Assembly: GCA_038087875.1 (NCBI GenBank)
Contig: CM075994.1
Span: forward strand, 10,604,001 to 10,668,000
Source: Malacoraja senta
Lineage: Eukaryota
Reading direction: 5' to 3'
Length of the DNA: 64,000 nucleotides
This document shows positions 12,001-25,600 of the stretch, piece by piece; position 1 is the first letter of the stretch; each line of letters starts with the position of its first letter. The translations under genes were made by a program, and so were the position numbers. The notes under the pieces were generated by a model that ran no database searches, was not told where the DNA came from, and saw nothing but the letters and a program-made list of their open reading frames with translations.

Positions 12001-15000
12001 GATATGGCGGAGAAGGCAGGAACGGGGTACTGATTGTGGATGATCAGCCATGACCACATTGAACGGCATAATTTTATATGTTTCTGGCTCGAAGGGCTGA
12101 ATGGCCTACTCCTGCACCTATTGTCTATTGACTACAGACTGGAAGGGCCTTCGTCTTGCATATGGCGTGCACAGCCTGGAGTTGTAGGACGACTTGTTCT
12201 GTTTGATCTTATTTGATTGTGTACGCCAGGTTGATTGCATTCGTCGAAACAGGGCGGACCACGTGAAGGTTGCAATCTCCCACCCCACTGGAAGGGCCTG
12301 TTTCCAGTGAAATAAATCTTCCATTATTTAGCTAAACAAGCTAAATAAGTTTAACTTATTTCTAAACTTAACCAATACCAACACCAATATCCCCTTGAGC
12401 AATGCTAGCGCCACCGTTTATACTTCTGAAATGACAGACAATAGACAATAGGTGCAGGAGTAGGCCATTCGGCCCTTCGAGCCAGCACCGCCATTCAATG
12501 TGATCATGGCTGATCATCCACAATCAGTATCCCGTTCCTGCCTTCTCCAAATATCCCCTGACTCCGCTATCTTTAAGAGCCCTATCTAGCTCTCTCTTGA
12601 AAGTATCCAGAGAACCAGCCTCCACCGCAGAGAATTCCACACTCACAACTCTCTGTGAGAAAAAGTGTTTCCTCGTCTCCGTTCTAAATGGCTTACTCCT
12701 TATTCTTAAACTGTGGCCCCTGGTTCTGGACTCCTCCAACATCGGGAACATGTTCCCTGCCTCTAGCGTGTCCAAACCCTTAACAATCTATATGTTTCAA
12801 TGAGATCTCCTCTCGTCCTTCTAAACTCCAGAGTGTACAAGCCCAGCCGCTCCATTCTCTCAGCATATGACAGTCCCGCCATCCCGGGAATTAACCTGGT
12901 GAACCTACGCTGCACTCCCTCAATAACAAGAATGTCCTTCCTCAAATTCGGGGACCAAAACTGCACACAATACTCCAGGTGTGGTCTCACTAGGGCCCTG
13001 TACAACTGCAGAAGGACCTCTTTGCTCCTATATTCGACTCCTCTTGTTATAAAGGCCAACATGCCATTCGCTTTCTTCACTGCCTGCTGTACCTGCATGC
13101 TTACTTTCATAGACTGATGAACAAGGACCCCCAGATCCCCTTTTCCCAACTTGAAGCCATTTAGATAGTAATCTGCCTTCCTGTTTTTGCTACCAAAGTG
13201 GATAACCTCACATTTATCCACATTAAACTTCATGACAGTGGGGACATTTTCTACGTTCTCTTTTCCCCGTCGTGGATTTAGTCGAGGCAGAGACGAAGGA
13301 CTGCCTGGCGGCATCGGGGCGACTGCAGGAGGCTTTGGCGGAGAAGGTGCAGGCGCAGCAGAGACTGACCGAGCAGCTGACCGAAGCCCAGCGTGAGGTG
13401 GAGGAAGCCCAGGAGGCCGGCGAGACCCTGCGGCGGGAGCTGTGCAGCCAGCAGGGGGCGTACCAAGAGGGTGAGTACCACCATCGCCAATGCAATAGAC
13501 AATAGACAATAGGTGCAGGAGGAGGCCATTCGGCCCTTCGAGCCAGCACCGCCATTCAATGTGATCATGGCTGATCATCCCCAATCAGTACCCCGTTCCT
13601 GCCTTCTCCCCATATCCCCTGACTCCGCTATTTTTAAGAGCCCTATCCAGCTCTCTCTTGAAAGTATCCAGAGAACCTGCCTCCACTGCCCTCTGAGGCA
13701 GAGAATTCCACAGACAACACCACTCTCCGTGAGAAAAAGTGTTTCCTCGTCTCCGTTCTAAATGGCTTACCCCTTATTCTTAAACTGTGGCCCCTGGTTC
13801 TGGACCCCCCCCCAACATCGGGAACATGTTTCCTGCCTCTAGCGTGACCAAGCCCTTAACAATCTTATATGTTTCAATGACAATCTTTGTAGTCAATGCC
13901 TACTATGTTCTGTTGTGCTGAAGCAAAGCAAGAATTTCATTGTCCTATCAGGGACACATGACAATAAACTCACTTGACTTGACTTGACTTGACTTGACAA
14001 TCTTATATGTTTCAATGCAACGGGTGGCTGGGGGATGTTGGCAGGGAAAGCTGTCTCATTGTTCCCCTTGCTCTAACAATGTTTGGGACAAAGACTCGTC
14101 ATTTATGTATTTGCCTGTATTCAAGTTCAAGTTACATTTACTGTCACATGTACCAATTGGTGCAGTGAGATTTGAGTTACCAGACAGCCATACGAATATA
14201 AAACCCCACAATACACGATACAGTTTAACATGGACATCCCCACACAGTGGAATCAACGTTTCCCACTGTGATAGAAGGCAATAAAGTTCAGCCATCTTCC
14301 TCCTTGTTCACCCGTGGTCGGGGCCTTTGAACCCTCCGCAGTCGCCGCTACGGGCAGCCCGATGTTCAGGCCCTCTCACCAGGGATGATCGGAGCTCCGA
14401 CGTCAGAACGGAAGGACACTCTCAGCGGCTTGGAGTTTCCGAATCGGCCGCTTCCTACCGGAGAACGCGGCTCCCGAAGTCCACAGGCCGAGCTGGGCGG
14501 AGCTCCAACACCGGCGACCCCCTGGCAAAGGATCCCAGGACTCCGCGATGCTAAAGTCAGTGCCGCCCGCGGCTGGGAGCTCCGCAAACCACAGCTCCAC
14601 GGTGTTGAAGCGGCAGGCCCAACACTCCGGAGCTCCAACACGGCGATCCCCGGTAAGGCATCGCCCCGCTCCGCGATGGAATTCAGTGCTGCCCCGCTGC
14701 TGAAGCTCTGGCCCGTCTCCGGTGGGAAAGGCCGCGCCTATCCAGTTGGTAGGCCGCGAGGGGGGGGGGCGAAGATGCGGTGGAGAAAAGATGGAGAAAA
14801 GACATGCACATCCTCGACCATGTAGAGATTACAGCAGTGTTTATACGTAGTCCCCCCCAATTCAGGGCACCATAATGTTTGGGACACAGCAATGTCATGT
14901 AAGTGAAAGTAGTCATGTTTAGTTTTTTGTTGCATATCCTTTGCATGCAATGACTGCTTGAAGTCTGCGATTCATGGACATCACCAGTTGCTGGGTGTCG

Positions 15001-16596
15001 TCTCTGGTGATGCTCTGCCAGGCCTGTCTTGTAGCCATCTTTAGCTTATGCTTGTTTTGGGGGCTAGTCCCCTTCCGTTTTCTTGTCCGCATATAAAAGG
15101 CAGCAACTCTACCGCTGCGCCATCGTGCCACGCCAGGTGCTGAGGCACCTCTGGGTAAAGCTGCTCTGGAGAGCGTGCGTCCTCTGGAGGCTTCATGCTC
15201 ACGGCTGGTGATCCTGCCTTGCTTCGCAGCGACTCTCGTTTACCCACCAGCCTCCCGCTCTCTCTGACCTTCCCCAGTCATTTACGGGGGCGTGGGCAGA
15301 CAGGGCTGGCATTGGTTGCCGCCGCAAACCGCCAGTGAACGCGCCCTCTATCACCACGCCCCTTGTTACTCATGACTGCGTAGCCGGACATAGTGCGAAC
15401 TCCATCATCAAGTTCGTCGACGACACCACTGTTGTGGGACGTATCACTGATGTGGACGAGTCAGAGTATAGAAGTGAGATCAATCGACTGACCAATTGGT
15501 GCCAGCACAATAACCTGGCTCTCAACACCAGCAAAACCAAGGAACTGATTGTGGACTTTGGAAGGGGTAGGATAGGGACCCACAATCCCGTTTATATCAA
15601 CGGGTTATGATGGAAAGGGTCAAGAACTTCAAATTCCTGGGCTTGCATATTTCCGAAGATCTTTCCTGGTCCCAGCACACTGATGCAGTCATAAAGAAAG
15701 CACATCAGCGCCTCTACTTCCTGAGAAGATTACGGAGAGTCGGTATGTCAAAGAGGACTCTCTCGAACTTCTACCGGTGCACAGTAGAGAGCATGCTGAC
15801 TGGTTGTATCATGGCCTGGTTCGGCAAATTGAATGTCCAGGAGCGGAAAAGACTGCAGAAAGTTGTGACCACTGACCAGTCCATCATCGGCTCTGACCTC
15901 CCCACCATCGAGGGGATCTATCGCAGTCGCTGCCTCAAAAAGGCTGCCAGCATCATCAAGGACCCACACCATCCTGGCCACTCACTCATCTCTCCGTTGC
16001 CATCGGGAAGGAGGTACAGGAGTTTGAAATCTGGAACAGCCAGGTTCAGGAACAGCTACTTCCCCACAGCCATCAGGCTATTAAACACAACATCAAACAA
16101 ACTCTGAACAATAACAGCCTACTGCACTTTATCCGTTTAGTTATTCTGTATATAGAAACATAGAAACATAGAAAATAGGTGCAGGAGTAGGCCATTCGGC
16201 CCTTCGAGCCTGCACCGCTATTCAATATGATCATGGCTGATCATCCAACTCAGTATCCTGTACCTGCCTTCTCTCCATACCCCCTGATCCCTTTAGCCAC
16301 AAGGGCCACACCTAACTCCCTCTTAAATATAGCCAATGAACTGGCCTCAACTACCTTCTGTGGCAGAGAGTTCCAGAGATTCACCACTCTCTGTGTGAAT
16401 TTTTTTTTTCTCATCTCGGTCCTAAAAGACTTCCCCCTTATCCTTAAACTGTGACCCCTTGTTCTGTACTTCCCTAACATCGGGAACAATCTTCCAGCAT
16501 CTAGCCTGTCCAACCCATATAACCATATAACCATATAACCATAACAGCACGGAAACAGGCCATCTCGGCCCTTCAAGTCCGTGCCGAACATTTAAA

Positions 16597-16629
<33 letters not shown>

Positions 16630-19600
16630 AAATAAAATACTTCCCCCTAGTCCCATCTACCTGCACTCAGACCATAACCCTCCATTCCTTTCCCGTCCAT
16701 ATACCCATCCAATCTATTTTTAAAGGATAACATCGAACCTGCCTCCACCACTTCCACTGGAAGCTCATTCCACACAGCTACCACTCTCTGAGTAAAGAGG
16801 TTCCCCCTAATGTTCCCCCTAAACTTCTGTCCCTTAATTCTCAAGTCATGTCCCCTTGTTTGAATCTTCCCTACTCTCAATGGGAAAAGCTAATCCACGT
16901 CCACTCTGTCTAACCCGCTCATAATTTTAAAGACCTCTATCAAGTCCCCTCTTAACCTTCTGCGCTCCAAAGAATAAAGACCTAACTTGTTCAACCTTTC
17001 TCTGTAACTTAGTTGCTGAAACCCAGGCAACATTCTAGTAAATCTCCTCTGTACTCTCTCTATTTTGTTGACATCCTTCCTATAATTAGGCGACCAAAAT
17101 TGTACTCCATACTCCAGAATTGGCCTCACCAATGCCTTGTACAATTTTAACATTACATCCCAACTTCTATATTCAATGCTCTGATTTATAAAGGCCAGCA
17201 CACCAAAAGCTTTCTTTACCACCCTATCTACATGAGATTCCACCTTCAGGGAACTATGCACAGTTATTCCTAGATCCCTCTGTTCAACTGCATTCCTCAA
17301 TTCGCTACCATTTACCGTGTACGTCCTATTTTGATTTGTCCTGCCGAGATGTAGCACCTCACATTTGTCAGCATTAAACTCCATCTGCCATCTTTCAGCC
17401 CACTCTTCCAAATGGCCTAAATCTCTCTGTAGACTTTGAAAATCTACTTCATTATCCACAACACCACCTATCTTAGAATCATCTGCATACTTACTAATCC
17501 AATTTTCCACACCTTCATCCAGATCATTGATGTACATGACAAACAACAGTGGACCCAACACAGACCCCTGAGGCACCCCACTAGTCACCGGCCTCCAACC
17601 TGACAAACAGCCATCCACCATTACTCTCTGGCATCTCCCATTCAGCCACTGTTGAATCCATCTTGCTACTCCACCATTAATACCCATCAATTGAATCTTC
17701 TTAACCAACCTTCCATGAGGAACCTTGTCAAAGGCCTTACTGAAGTCCATATAGACAACATCCACTGCTTTACCCTCATCAATTTCCCTAGTAACCTCTT
17801 CGAAAAATTCAAGAAGATTAGTCAAGCATGACCTTCCAGGCACAAATCCATGTTGACTGTTCCTAATCAGACCCTGCTTATCCAGATGCTTATATATATT
17901 ATCTTTAAGTATCCTTTCCATTAATTTGCCCACCACTGACGTCAAACTAACAGGTCTATAATTGCTAGGTTTACTCTTCGAACCCTTTTTAAACAACGGA
18001 ACAACATGCGCAGTACGCCAATCCTCCGGCACTATTCCCGTTTCTAATGACATTTGAAATATTTCTGTCATAGCCCCTGCTATTTCTACACTAACTTCCC
18101 TCAATGTCCTAGGGAATATCCTGTCAGGACCTGGAGACTTATCCGTTTTCATATTTTTCAAAAGTGTCCGCACCTCCTCTTCTTTGAATCTCACAGTTTC
18201 CATTGCTACTCTGCTCGTTTCCCTTACCTCACATAATTCCATATCCTTCTCCTTCGTGAATACCGAAGAAAAGAAATTGTTCAATATCTCCCCCATCTCT
18301 TTTGGCTCTGCAGATAGCTGTCCACTCTGACTCTCTAATGGACCGATTTTATTCCTCGTTATCCTTTTGCTATTAATATAGCTGTAGAAACCCTTTGGAT
18401 TTACTTTCACCTTACTTGCCAAAGCAACCTCATATCTTCTTTTAGCTTTTCTAATTTCTTTCTTAATATTCTTTTTACATTCTTTATACTCCTCAAGCAC
18501 CTCATTGACTCCATGCTGCCTATAATTATAGATACATAGATACATAGAAAATAGGTGCAGGAGTAGGCCATTCGGCCCTTCGAGCCTGCACCGCCATTCA
18601 ATACGATCATGGCTGATCATCCAACTCAGTATCCCGTACCTGCCTTCTCTCCATACCCCCTGATCCCTTTAGCCACAAGGGCCACATCTAATTCCCTCTT
18701 AAATATAGCCAATGAACTGGCCTCAACTACCCTCTGTGGCAGAGAGTTCCAGAGATTCACCACTCTCTGTGTGAAAAAGTTTTTCCTCATCTCGGTCTTA
18801 AAGGATTTCCCCCTTATCCTTAAGCTGTGACCCCTTGTCCTGGACTTCCCCAACATCGGGAACAATCTTCCTGCATCTAGCCTGTCCAACCCCATAAGAA
18901 TTTTGTACGTTTCTATAAGATCCCCTCTCAATCTCCTAAATTCTAGCGAGTATAAGCCAAGTCTATCCAGTCTTTCTTCATATGAAAGTCCTGACATCCC
19001 AGGAATCAGTCTGGTGAACCTTCTCTGCACTCCCTCTATGGCTATAATGTCCTTCCTCAGATTTGGAGACCAAAACTGTACGCAATACTCCAGGTGTGGT
19101 CTCACCAAGACCCTGTACAACTGCAGTAGAACCTCCCTGCTCCTATACTCAAATCCTCTTGCTATGAAGGCCAACATACCATTCGCTTTCTTCACTGCCT
19201 GCTGCACCTGCATGCCTACTTTCAATGACTGGTGTACCATGACACCCAGGTCTCGCTGCATCTCCCCATTTCCTAATCGGCCACCATTTAGATAATAGTC
19301 TGCCTTCCCGTTTTTGCTACCAAAGTGGATAACCTCACATTTATCCACATTATACTGCATCTGCCAAACATTTGCCCACTCACCCAGCCTATCCAAGTCA
19401 CCTTGCAGTCTCCTAGCATCCTCCTCACAGCTAACACTGCCCCCCAGCTTAGTGTCATCCGCAAACTTGGAGATGTTGCTTTCAATTCCCTCGTCCAGAT
19501 CATTAATATAAATTGTAAATAGCTGGGGTCCCAGCACTGAGCCTTGCGGTACCCCACTAGTCACTGCCTGCCATTGTGAAAAGGACCCGTTTACTCCTAC

Positions 19601-22600
19601 TCTTTGCTTCCTGTTTGCCAGCCAGTTCTCTATCCACATCAATACTGAACCCCCAATACCGTGTGATTTAAGTTTGTATCCTAATCTCTTATGTGGTACC
19701 TTGTCGAAAGCCTTCTGAAAGTCCAGATACAACACATCCACTGGTTCTCCCCTATCCACTCTACTAGTTACATCCTCGAAAAATTCTATGAGATTCGTCA
19801 GACACGATTTACCTTTCGTAAATCCATGCTGACTTTGTCCAATGATTTCACCACTTTCCAAATGTGCTGCTATCCCATCTTTAATAACTGACTCTAGCAG
19901 TTTCCCCACTACCGATGTTAGACTAACTGGTCTGTAATTCCCCGTTTTCTCTCTCCCTCCCTTCTTAAAAAGTGAGGTTACGTTTGCTACCCTCCAATCC
20001 TCAGGAACTACTCCAGAATCTAAAGAGTTTTGAAAAATTATCACTAATGCATCCACTATTTCTGGAGCTACTTCCTTAAGTACTCTGGGATGCAGCCTAT
20101 CTGGCCCTGGTGATTTATCTGCCTTTAATCCATTCAATTTACCCAACACCACTTCCCGACTAACCTGGATTTCACTCAGTTCCTCCATCTCCTTTGACCC
20201 GCGGCCCCCTGCTATTTCCGGCAGATTATTTATGTCTTCCTTAGTGAAGACGGAACCAAAGTAGTTATTCAATTGGTCTGCCATATCCTTGTTCCCCATG
20301 ATCAATTCACCTGTTTCTGACTGCAAGGGACCTACATTTGATTTAACTAATCTCTTTCTCTTCACATATCTATAAAAACTTTTGCAGTCAGTTTTTATGT
20401 TCCCTGCCAGTTTCCTTTCATAATCTATTTTCCCTTTCCTAATTAAGCCCTTTGTCCTCCTCTGCTGGTCTCTGAATTTCTCCCAGTCCTCTGGTATGCT
20501 GCTTTTTCTGGCTAATTTGTACGCATCATCTTTTGCTTTGATACTATCCCTGATTTCCCTTGTTATCCACGGATGCACTACCTTCCTTGATTTATTCTTT
20601 TGCCAAACTGGGATGAACAATTTTTGTAGTTCATCCATGCAGTCTTTAAATGCCTTCCATTGCATATCCACCGTCAACCCTTTTAGAACTAATTGCCAGT
20701 CAATCTTGGCCAATTCACGTCTCATTATTGTAGATCTCTCTCTTTTTCCGAACCAAGTGTCCAATTTCCCTTGAAAACCATGGCTCTTTCCATTTTTTAC
20801 TATTTCCTTTCAACCGAACAGGGACATAAAGATTCTGTACTCTTAAAATTTCACCCTTAAATGTCCTCCATTTTTCTTCTACATCCTTCCCATAAAACAA
20901 CGTGTCCCAATTCACTCCTTTTAAATCCTTTCGCATCTCCTCAAAGTTAGCCTTTCTCCAAACATAAATCTCAACCCCTTAAGAATTTTGTAAGTTTCTA
21001 TAAGATCCCCCCTCAATCTTCTAAATTCTAGCGAGTACAAGCCGAGTCTATCCAGTCTTTCTTCATATGAAAGTCTTGCCATCCCAGGAATCAGTCTGGT
21101 GAACCTTCTCTTTACTCCCTCTATGGCAAGAATGTCTTTCCTCAGATTAGGAGACCAAAACTGTACGCAATACTCCAGGTGTGGTCTCACCATGTATGGT
21201 CTAATGTATATAGACACACTGAACTTGTATCTCCCGTTCTGTACCATGTTGACATATTCTGTAGTGCTGCAGCAAAGCAAGAATTTCATTGTCCTATCTG
21301 GGACACATGACAATAAAACTCTCTTGACTTGACTCGACTTGTTCCCCCGCAGCGCTGCAGGAGAAGATGGCGGCGGCGGAGAGCCTCATGGCCGAGCAGC
21401 TGTCGGAGATGGAGAAGCATCTGAACGAGGCCCGCAGGGAGCACGCCAAGGCTGGTGAGTGGGACCCCCTCCTCCAGGGGGATGGTGAACCAGTGGTGGA
21501 ATAGCTCCCCGTCCCACTCCCTCAGCCACCTCCGCCCCACCCTCCCCCATGGACCAACATTCTCAGTTCATCTCCCGCATCTTGTTCATACCTTCCCCTT
21601 CCCTCCACTCCTCTGCCCCTCATCTCCCTCTTCCCTCAGCCCCTCCAAGGCCGACCCTGCCGAGAGCCCTGTGCAGGAAAGAACTGCAAATGCTGGTTTT
21701 AAATCGAACATAGACGCAAACACGCGGCACAGGCAGCACCTCTGAGGATCATTCAGTCTCTCTGAGGATCCTTCAGTCCTTCTACTCTGGGGCTGTAGAA
21801 AGCATCTTGTCCGGCAACATCACAAACTGGTTTGGGAACAGCTCAGTCCAGGACAAGAAGGCCCTGCAGAGAGTAGTGCATTCGGCCGAACGCACCACGG
21901 GAACTACACTCGCCCCCCCCTGCAGGACCTATACACCAGGAGGTGCAGATCCAGAGCTAGCAACATTATGGGGGACCCCTACCCCCCCAGCAACGGACTG
22001 TTCCAGCTGCTACGGTCAGGCAAACGCCTCCGCTGTCACGCTGTGAAAACAGAGAGGATGAGACGGAGTTTCTTCCCACAGGCCATCAGGACTGTAAACT
22101 CTGATCTCACTAGGGACTCATTTACTGTTGTTTTGTGTCTTTTTTAAAGTGCAGGTTTTTTTTTCTAATAATCTAAATACTGGTTCTGTTCTGTTCTGTT
22201 CTGTTTGCACAATCCGCAAACATTGCCACTTTCATTTCACTGCACGTCTTGTGATAAATAAACTTGACTTGACTGCTGGAGAGAAGGAATGGGTGACGTT
22301 TCGGGTCGAGACGGGTCTGAAGTAGGATCTCGACCCCAAAACGTCGCTCCATTCCCTCTCTCTCCAGAGACGCTGCCTGTCCCGCTGAGTTACTCCGGCA
22401 TTTTGTGTCTTATCTTCAACCAAGAGTCTCCGCTCTTCACTCGAGAGCCGATTCCTGATTTCATCAGTTCCTCCCTGACGGCCCTTCCGACGGTTGTCCA
22501 AGCCCCCCAGCCTCCAACATTGCCCACACCTACCTCCCCCCCCTCTCCCCCCCACACCCCCCCACGCATCCTCCTCGTGCCTCCCCTTCACCCTCCCCAC

Positions 22601-25600
22601 TCCGTTCCCAGATCTTGCGACTAAACTCGGTCAGCTGCTAACAAAGATCTCTGAGCACAGGAGGAGTATATTGTGTTCAGTTCTCGGCACCATGTTATAG
22701 GAAAGATATTGCCAAGCTTGAAAGGGTTCAGAGAAGATTTACGAGGATGTCGCCAGGACTAGAGGGTGTGAGCTACAGGGAGAGGTTGAGTAGGCTGGGT
22801 CTCTATTCCATGGAGCGCTGGAGGATGAGGGGAGATCTTATAGAGGTTTACAAAATCATGAGAGGAATAGATCGGGTAGATGCACAGAGTCTCTTGCCCA
22901 GAGTAGGGGAATCAAGGACCAGAGGATACAGGTTCAAGGTGAAGGGGAAAAGATTTAATAGGAATCCGAGGGGTAACTTTTTCACACAGAGGGTGGTGGG
23001 TGTATGGAACAAGCTGCCAGAGGAGGTAGTTGAGGCTGGGACTATCCCATCGTTTAAGAAACAGTTAGACAGGTACATGGATAGGACAGGTTTGGAGGGT
23101 TATGGACCAAACGCAGGCAAGTGGGACCAGGGTAGCTGGGACATTGTTGGCCGGTGTGGGCGAGTTGGGCCGAAGGGCCTGTTTCCACACTGTATCACTC
23201 TGACTCTAAGGAGCTCCGTCTCTCCCGCACCTCCCCTGGTGCTTCTCCCCCCCTTCCGTCATTATACCGAAGGGTGCTGGCGATTATTCATATAATTATT
23301 TTATCTGAATAATCTAATAATCATTTTATATCTAAATGTCATTTTATATGTGTTTCTTTCAAATGCTTTAAATGTTTTATGTAAAGCACTTTGAATTACC
23401 TTGTGGTTGAAAGGTGCTATACAAATAAACTTGCCTTGCCTTGCCTTGCTACTCCCAGGGCACATAGAGTGATACAGTGTGGAAACAGGCCCTTCGGCCC
23501 AACTTGCCCACACCGGCTAACATGTCCCAGCTACACTACTCCCAGCTGCCTGCGTTTGGTCCGTATCCCGCCAAACCTGTCCTATCCATTTACCTGTCTA
23601 ACTGTTTCTTAAACGTTGGGATAGTCCCAGCCTCAACTACCTCCTCTGGCAGCTCGTTCCATACACCCACCACCCTCTGTGTGGAAAAAGTTACCCCTCA
23701 GTTTCCCATTAAATCTTTCCCCCTTCACCTTGAACCTATGTCCTCTGGTCCTCGATTCCCCGACTCTGTGCCTCTACCCGATCGATTCCTTGTAATTTTG
23801 AGAACCAGCCTGCTCAACGTCTCCCAATAGCTCACAACCTCGATGTCCTGGCAACATCCTCGTAAATCTTCTCTGAACCCTTTCCAGCTTGACACCTTTC
23901 CTATGAGATGGTGTCCACAGAAGGCAGTAGAGGCCAATTCACTGGATGAATTTAAAAAAGAGTTAGATGGAGCTCTAGGGGCTAGTGGAATAAAGGGATA
24001 TGGGGAGAAGGCAGGCACGGGTTACTGATTGTGGATGATCAGCCATGATCACAATGAATGGTGGTGCTGGCTTAAAGGGCCAAATGGCCTCCTCCTGCAC
24101 CTATTTTAGACAATAGACAAAAGGTGCAGGAGTAGGCCATTCGGCCCTTCGAGCCAGCACCGCCATTCAATGTGATCATGGCTGATCATCCACAATCAGT
24201 ACCCCGTTCCTGCCTTCTCCCCATATCCCCTGACTCCGCTATTTTTAAGAGCTCTATCTAGCTCTCTCTTGAAAGCATCCAGAGCACCGGCCTCCACCGC
24301 CCTCTGAGGCAGAGAATTCCACAGACTCACAACTCTCTGTGTGAAAAAGTGTTTCTCATCTCCGTTCTGAATGGCTTACCCCTTATTCTTAAACAGTGTG
24401 GCCCCTGGTTCTAGACTCCCCCAACATTGGGAACATGTTTCCTGCCTCTAGCGTGTCCATACCCTGAATAATCTTATATATTTCAATAAGATATCCTCTC
24501 ATCCTTCTAAATTCCAGAGTATACAAGCCCAGCCGCTCCATTCTCTCAGCACATGACAGTCCCGCCATCCCGGGAATTAACCTGGTGAACCTACGCTGCA
24601 CTCCGTCAACAGCAAGAATGTCCTTCCTCAAATTAGGGGACCAAAAGTGCACACAATACTCCAGGTGTGGTCTCACTAGGACCCTATACAAGTGCAGAAG
24701 GACCTCTTTGCTCCTATACTCAACTCCTCTTGTTATGAAGGCTAACATGCCATTTGCTTTCTTCACTGCCTGCTGTACCTGCATGCTTACTTTCATTGAC
24801 TGTTGAACAAGGACCACCCAGATCCCGTTGTACTTCCCCTTGTCCCAACTTGCCAGTCACGTTGTTTTGCTTTCTCACGCATCCAGTTGTGGCTCTCCGC
24901 CAAGCGGATCGCCAAGCAGCCCGGGACAAGGAGAGGCTGGAAGCCTGCGGGAAGCTCCAGGAGGAGCAGCACAAGCAGGAGAGGCAGCGGCTGAGCGGAC
25001 AGCTGCGGCAGCTGCAGAGGGACAAGACCCTGCTGGTGGTGGGTGGTCCCCTTGCTCAATGCTTCTTTATTCTCAGCCTCCCGCCGCTCGGAGAGATCCT
25101 CGCACCTGTCGCCATTGGCTTCGGTAACATTGTAAATCGCCCCGACTGTGTAGGATAGTGCTCGTGTATGGGGATCGCTGGTCGGCACGGACTCATAGAA
25201 ACAGAGAAAAATAGGTGCAGGAGTAGGCCATTCGGCCCTTCGAGCCAGCACCGCCATTCAACAGGATCATGGCGGATCATCTAAAATCAGTACCCCATTC
25301 CTGCTTTTTCTCACATATCCCTTGATTCCTTAAGCCCGGAGAGCTAAATCTAACTCTCCTGAAAACATCCAGTGAATTGGCCTCCATTGCCTTCTGTGGC
25401 AGAGAATTCCACAGATTCATAACTCTCAGGGTGAAAAAGTTTTTCTTCATCTCAATCTTAAATGGCCTACCCCTTATTCTTAAACTGTGTGGCCCCCGGT
25501 TCTAGACTCTCACAATAGACAATAGGTGCAGGAGTAGGCCATTTGGCCCTTCGAGCCAGCACCGCCATTCAATGTGATCATGGCTGATCATCCCCAATCA

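Larger units (their letters stand above)
16152..21191 (-). mobile_element. CR1 3' fragment (16152-16516 plus 20972-21191) split by nested CR1 copies
   Basis: Halves rejoin at a duplicated CAACCC (16511-16516, 20972-20977). Confidence 0.85.

Noticed and set aside
12763..13584. 273-aa ORF appearing to be a novel fusion
   Set aside because: Chance read-through of a CR1 tail, the antisense of a CCHCR1 exon and another CR1 fragment
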